A stretch of DNA of 64,000 bases from Candidatus Bathyarchaeota archaeon (GTDB lineage Archaea; Thermoproteota; Bathyarchaeia; Bathyarchaeales; Bathycorpusculaceae). Location: contig CAWHXY010000007.1 in NCBI GenBank assembly GCA_963833575.1, forward strand, positions 224,001-288,000. Direction: 5' to 3'. Positions 60,466 through 64,000 of the stretch are shown piece after piece; within the stretch, counting starts at the first letter, position 1, and each line of letters opens with the position of its first letter. The notes under the pieces were generated by a model that was given only the letters and a program-made list of their open reading frames with translations, searched no databases and was not told the DNA's origin. The position numbers and the translations under genes are program-made.

Positions 60466-62919
60466 GTGAAACATACATCCGTAAACGAACTGTTCATAAT
60501 CATTGTTATTGCTTTGTTTGTTGCGAGTTACCCTCCACAAATTAAAACAACCTTAGCTGTGGCAGATGATAATTGGGTAGCGCATCCCATGCACATACTG
60601 CAATCTGCTGAACCCTCAAGTTACCCTCACGGCATTTCGCCAAGCCAAATGAAAACTGCATATAACCTTCCTTCAACTGGTGGCAACGGAAGCACAATTG
60701 CAATAGTTGACGTTAATGACACGCCGACAATAAGGACTGATTTATCAATTTTTTCAACCACATTCGGTTTAACAAGCCCGACAAATTACAGCTTCGAAAT
60801 CGTAGAAATGCCAGGAGTTGGCACAGCAAGCAATGATTGGATGACGGAAACTTGTCTCGATGTTGAATGGGCACATGCCATTGCGCCAGATGCTAAAATA
60901 TTGTTGGTTGAGGCCCAGTCTGCTAGTACTCATGATCTACTTTCAGCTATGGACTATGCAAGGAATCAGCCAAATGTGGTGGCAGTTTCTATGAGCTGGG
61001 GTGGCCAGGAGTTTTTTGGAGAAAATAACTTTGACTCACATTTTACAAGCGCTTATGGCGCAGTTTTCTTTGCATCTTCGGGTGACGAGGGTGCAGGTAC
61101 AGGAGTTAGCTGGCCTGCTAGTTCATCAAATGTTGTTGGTGTTGGAGGAACGACACTTAACATCACTGACAATGGTACAGTGAGTTCCGAGATTGCATGG
61201 AGCGGAAGCGGCGGCGGAATGAGCGCTTATGAATCATCACCAAAGTATCAAACCATTTTTGGGTTGACGTTTCCTCACCGCTCAGTACCTGACATTTCTT
61301 ATGATGCCGGATCGGGAGTTGCTATATATTGCAACGCTAGCGGCGGTTGGTTATCTGTAGGGGGTACAAGTGCGGGTGCACCTCAGTGGGCTGCAATTCA
61401 AGCTCTTGGAGTATCGGCAACAAACGCCAATTTGTATGGTAAAGCAAAATCAGCTTATTCTTCTTACTTTAGAGATATCACTAGTGGTACAAACGGAGGC
61501 TTCAATGCAACAACAGGGTACGATTGTGTGACAGGATTGGGAAGCCCCCTAACATTTGATTTTAGTTCACACCTTTCAGTTTCTCCAACCTCAGGTCCAG
61601 CAGGAGGCCTAATTACAATTAACGGAATAGGTTTTACACCCGGGAGTTCCGTTAACATTTCGTATTTAAGTCCTTTGAGTTCTTCTTGGGTTTCAATAGT
61701 AAGTAATTCGCCAATAACAGCTCAAAATTTTAGTTACAACTTCAATGCTCCAGACTTATTACAAAATAATCCTGCAAACGATAGCCAACCCCTATTTGAC
61801 AACCTCATTTTTCGGGCACAAGATAACAGCAACGGAAATTCCTATAATACAACCATTCCCTATACTGAATGGCGAAAGGGCTTAACACAAGTAGCTGAAG
61901 CAGTCGCAACTGGAGTATATGGAAACAATACAGATCTGTCGACAACAGCTTTTGTTCAAAACAACCAATCAATTAGTGTGGCAGGTAATTGGTTTAACCC
62001 AGGCAATGTAAGTTTGATAATAGATGGAACAACAAATTTAGGCATTGTAGCAACTGATTCAACTGGATTTTTTAATACAACCCTTCAAGTGCCAAACATT
62101 ATCGCAGGACAACACAGGTTAAACATAGAAGACAGCGCCTCCAGTTTCTGCGTAAACATAACTCGTTTGCCTGCAGTAACCAACGATTACGACGGAAAAT
62201 GGCACACTTCACCGTTCAACATCACTTTAACTCCAGACTACAACGTTGATGAAACATATTATTCTATAAGCAGTGGCCAAGTTTTCAGTGTTAGCACTAA
62301 TGGTCAACCGTCCATAACCACTGACGGCAGCAATAACACTCTTGAATATTGGAGCGCATGGAATGTTTATGGAACAGGAAACATGAATCTTACACACGTG
62401 ACCTTAACAGGAATTCAACTAGACACAATACCACCTCAAGGGTCAATTTCAATTAATAATGGTGAAATAACCACTTCCTCAAGCTCTGTGGCGTTAACCG
62501 TTACCGCAACGGATACTCTATCAGGAGTCAGCCAAATGCGATTTGCTAACAACAATGCCACATGGGACCAAAGCCAATGGGGACCATACGCAAATAGTCA
62601 AGAATGGCAGTTAACAAACGGAGACGGCTCCAAAACAGTTTATTGCCAAATAAAAGATAACGCTGGTTTAATAACAACCATTAGCAGCTCAATTACATTA
62701 AGTACTCCGCAAGCAACACAAACATCATCGCCCTCAATATCAACTCCAACCCCGACCCAGACACCATCACTTACTCCAACGCCTTCTCCCACCACTTCGC
62801 CAACAACCCAACCTTCACCTGGGGCAATAGTTCCCGAATTAAGCATCCCAATGTTACTCATCCTTACTATTTTGGCAACTCTTGTACTCTCAGTTACCTA
62901 CAAAAGAAAACAGCAATGA
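60466..62919 (+). CDS. Secreted sedolisin (S53) peptidase with Ig-like domains and PEF-like sorting signal
   Basis: E..LDVEWAHA, SSGD.G, GGTSAGAP, GYDCVTGLGSP; TP linker; VPEL + TM + KRK. Confidence 0.88.
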   Translation: MKHTSVNELFIIIVIALFVASYPPQIKTTLAVADDNWVAHPMHILQSAEPSSYPHGISPSQMKTAYNLPSTGGNGSTIAIVDVNDTPTIRTDLSIFSTTFGLTSPTNYSFEIVEMPGVGTASNDWMTETCLDVEWAHAIAPDAKILLVEAQSASTHDLLSAMDYARNQPNVVAVSMSWGGQEFFGENNFDSHFTSAYGAVFFASSGDEGAGTGVSWPASSSNVVGVGGTTLNITDNGTVSSEIAWSGSGGGMSAYESSPKYQTIFGLTFPHRSVPDISYDAGSGVAIYCNASGGWLSVGGTSAGAPQWAAIQALGVSATNANLYGKAKSAYSSYFRDITSGTNGGFNATTGYDCVTGLGSPLTFDFSSHLSVSPTSGPAGGLITINGIGFTPGSSVNISYLSPLSSSWVSIVSNSPITAQNFSYNFNAPDLLQNNPANDSQPLFDNLIFRAQDNSNGNSYNTTIPYTEWRKGLTQVAEAVATGVYGNNTDLSTTAFVQNNQSISVAGNWFNPGNVSLIIDGTTNLGIVATDSTGFFNTTLQVPNIIAGQHRLNIEDSASSFCVNITRLPAVTNDYDGKWHTSPFNITLTPDYNVDETYYSISSGQVFSVSTNGQPSITTDGSNNTLEYWSAWNVYGTGNMNLTHVTLTGIQLDTIPPQGSISINNGEITTSSSSVALTVTATDTLSGVSQMRFANNNATWDQSQWGPYANSQEWQLTNGDGSKTVYCQIKDNAGLITTISSSITLSTPQATQTSSPSISTPTPTQTPSLTPTPSPTTSPTTQPSPGAIVPELSIPMLLILTILATLVLSVTYKRKQQ

Positions 62920-63017
62920 AATGGCAATCGTAGACTTGGCTTATTAATGATTGAATTTTGAAATTCTGATACGTTTTTAAGTTCAGTTGGTTCAAGTTTT
63001 GTTTGAAGAGATAGAAT

Positions 63018-63686
63018 ATGAAAATTGCCGAAGGAATCGACCAAGTAGAAGGAACCAACTGCAATGTTTACTTCATTGAAGACCAGGATAAACTGATTCT
63101 AATTGACACAGGGTTGCCTCGAAGTGATAAAAAAATTGTGAAGTATATTGAGTCTATTCGTCGCAAGCCAACTGATGTCTCAACTATTGTGATCACTCAT
63201 TTTCATATTGACCACACTGGAAGTCTCAAGAAAATGAAAGAAATAACTAATGCAAAGGTTGCAGTTGGCGAATTTGATGCAGAAATTGTTGCTGGAAAAA
63301 AGGCACCGCCTAAGCCAAAGAACTTAATGTTCAGAGCGTTTAGCTCAATCGTTAAACCTGCTCCCGTCGAACCTGATTTGATTCTTAAAGAGAACGATAA
63401 AATTGGACCTTTAACAGTTATTCATGTTCCCGGCCATTCAGCTGGAAGCATTTCACTAATTGATGAACAAAGAAAAGTGTTGTTTGTTGGGGACGCCTTA
63501 AGGTTTGTAGATGGTAAAATTACGGAGTCACCTGGGCAATTCAATTTGAATACGGAAAAAGCAAAAGAGTCAATAGGAAAAATTTCAACGTTCGATTTTG
63601 ATCTAATGCTGGGCGGTCATGGCAAGCCATTGATAGGCAATGCATCGCAGAAAGTGAAAGAGTTCTATGCTACTTTGAAGAAGTAA
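63018..63686 (+). CDS. MBL-fold metallo-hydrolase
   Basis: IDTG, THFHIDHTG, PGHSAG, GDA, GHG. Confidence 0.92.
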   Translation: MKIAEGIDQVEGTNCNVYFIEDQDKLILIDTGLPRSDKKIVKYIESIRRKPTDVSTIVITHFHIDHTGSLKKMKEITNAKVAVGEFDAEIVAGKKAPPKPKNLMFRAFSSIVKPAPVEPDLILKENDKIGPLTVIHVPGHSAGSISLIDEQRKVLFVGDALRFVDGKITESPGQFNLNTEKAKESIGKISTFDFDLMLGGHGKPLIGNASQKVKEFYATLKK

Positions 63687-63806
63687 CCTTGGCTTCTGAC
63701 TTATCCTTTACATTTCCGGGTCCGTTGAAGCAGGTTTTTTTTATTATCGCCTAAGGGATACACGGATTTTAAAGATTGCTTGAAGGCTTTGGATATTTGA
63801 AAATAG

Positions 63807-63998
63807 CTAAATATTACTTTCCGATGAACCTTTTTGTATTTTTTTGGCGCTTGGGCCCTTCAACTCTAAAAGCGAATCTAATGTTTTATGGCACTTGCTG
63901 CACTGCAACATTGCATTGCCACAGGCAGGACAGAACAACTCATGTTTATGCAAACGATCTAATATCTCCATAAGATCCGCTTTATTCTGCAAAGCGCG
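63807..63998 (-). CDS. 3' end of a probable zinc-ribbon protein; frame open to window edge
   Basis: CPACG...CSKC. Confidence 0.45.
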   Translation of the reverse strand, partial: RALQNKADLMEILDRLHKHELFCPACGNAMLQCSKCHKTLDSLLELKGPSAKKIQKGSSESNI

Positions 63999-64000
63999 CG

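Overview
Archaeal chromosomal segment, most likely Bathyarchaeia/TACK. This is inferred from L38e, aIF-1A, aIF-2beta, Rio1-Dim2, Tsr3, a Cren7-like protein, methanofuran genes and PEF-CTERM surface proteins. It carries a near-complete methanofuran operon (mfnB-A-D-F-E with a divergent HisA-like gene), tRNA-Phe and tRNA-Val, NAD/MTA salvage genes, a BlaI/M56/HtrA/MacB-like envelope cluster, a lysine 2,3-aminomutase paired with an EctA-type acetyltransferase, sdhAB-aspA without anchor subunits, and translation/ribosome-biogenesis genes. The main unexplained signal is an asymmetric ~28-bp repeat, consensus ACTGTGTTTTGTTGATGCTTTTGTATAC. By eye it occurs six times, only in intergenic DNA and only between 14.7 and 27.3 kb, in both orientations. 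It brackets two large non-coding blocks as inverted pairs and sits just upstream of two PD-(D/E)XK nuclease genes. It is a candidate chromosome-organisation, origin or recombination site system. Several candidate structured RNAs and one small gene missed by the ORF track are also reported. All calls were made by eye with no database searches.
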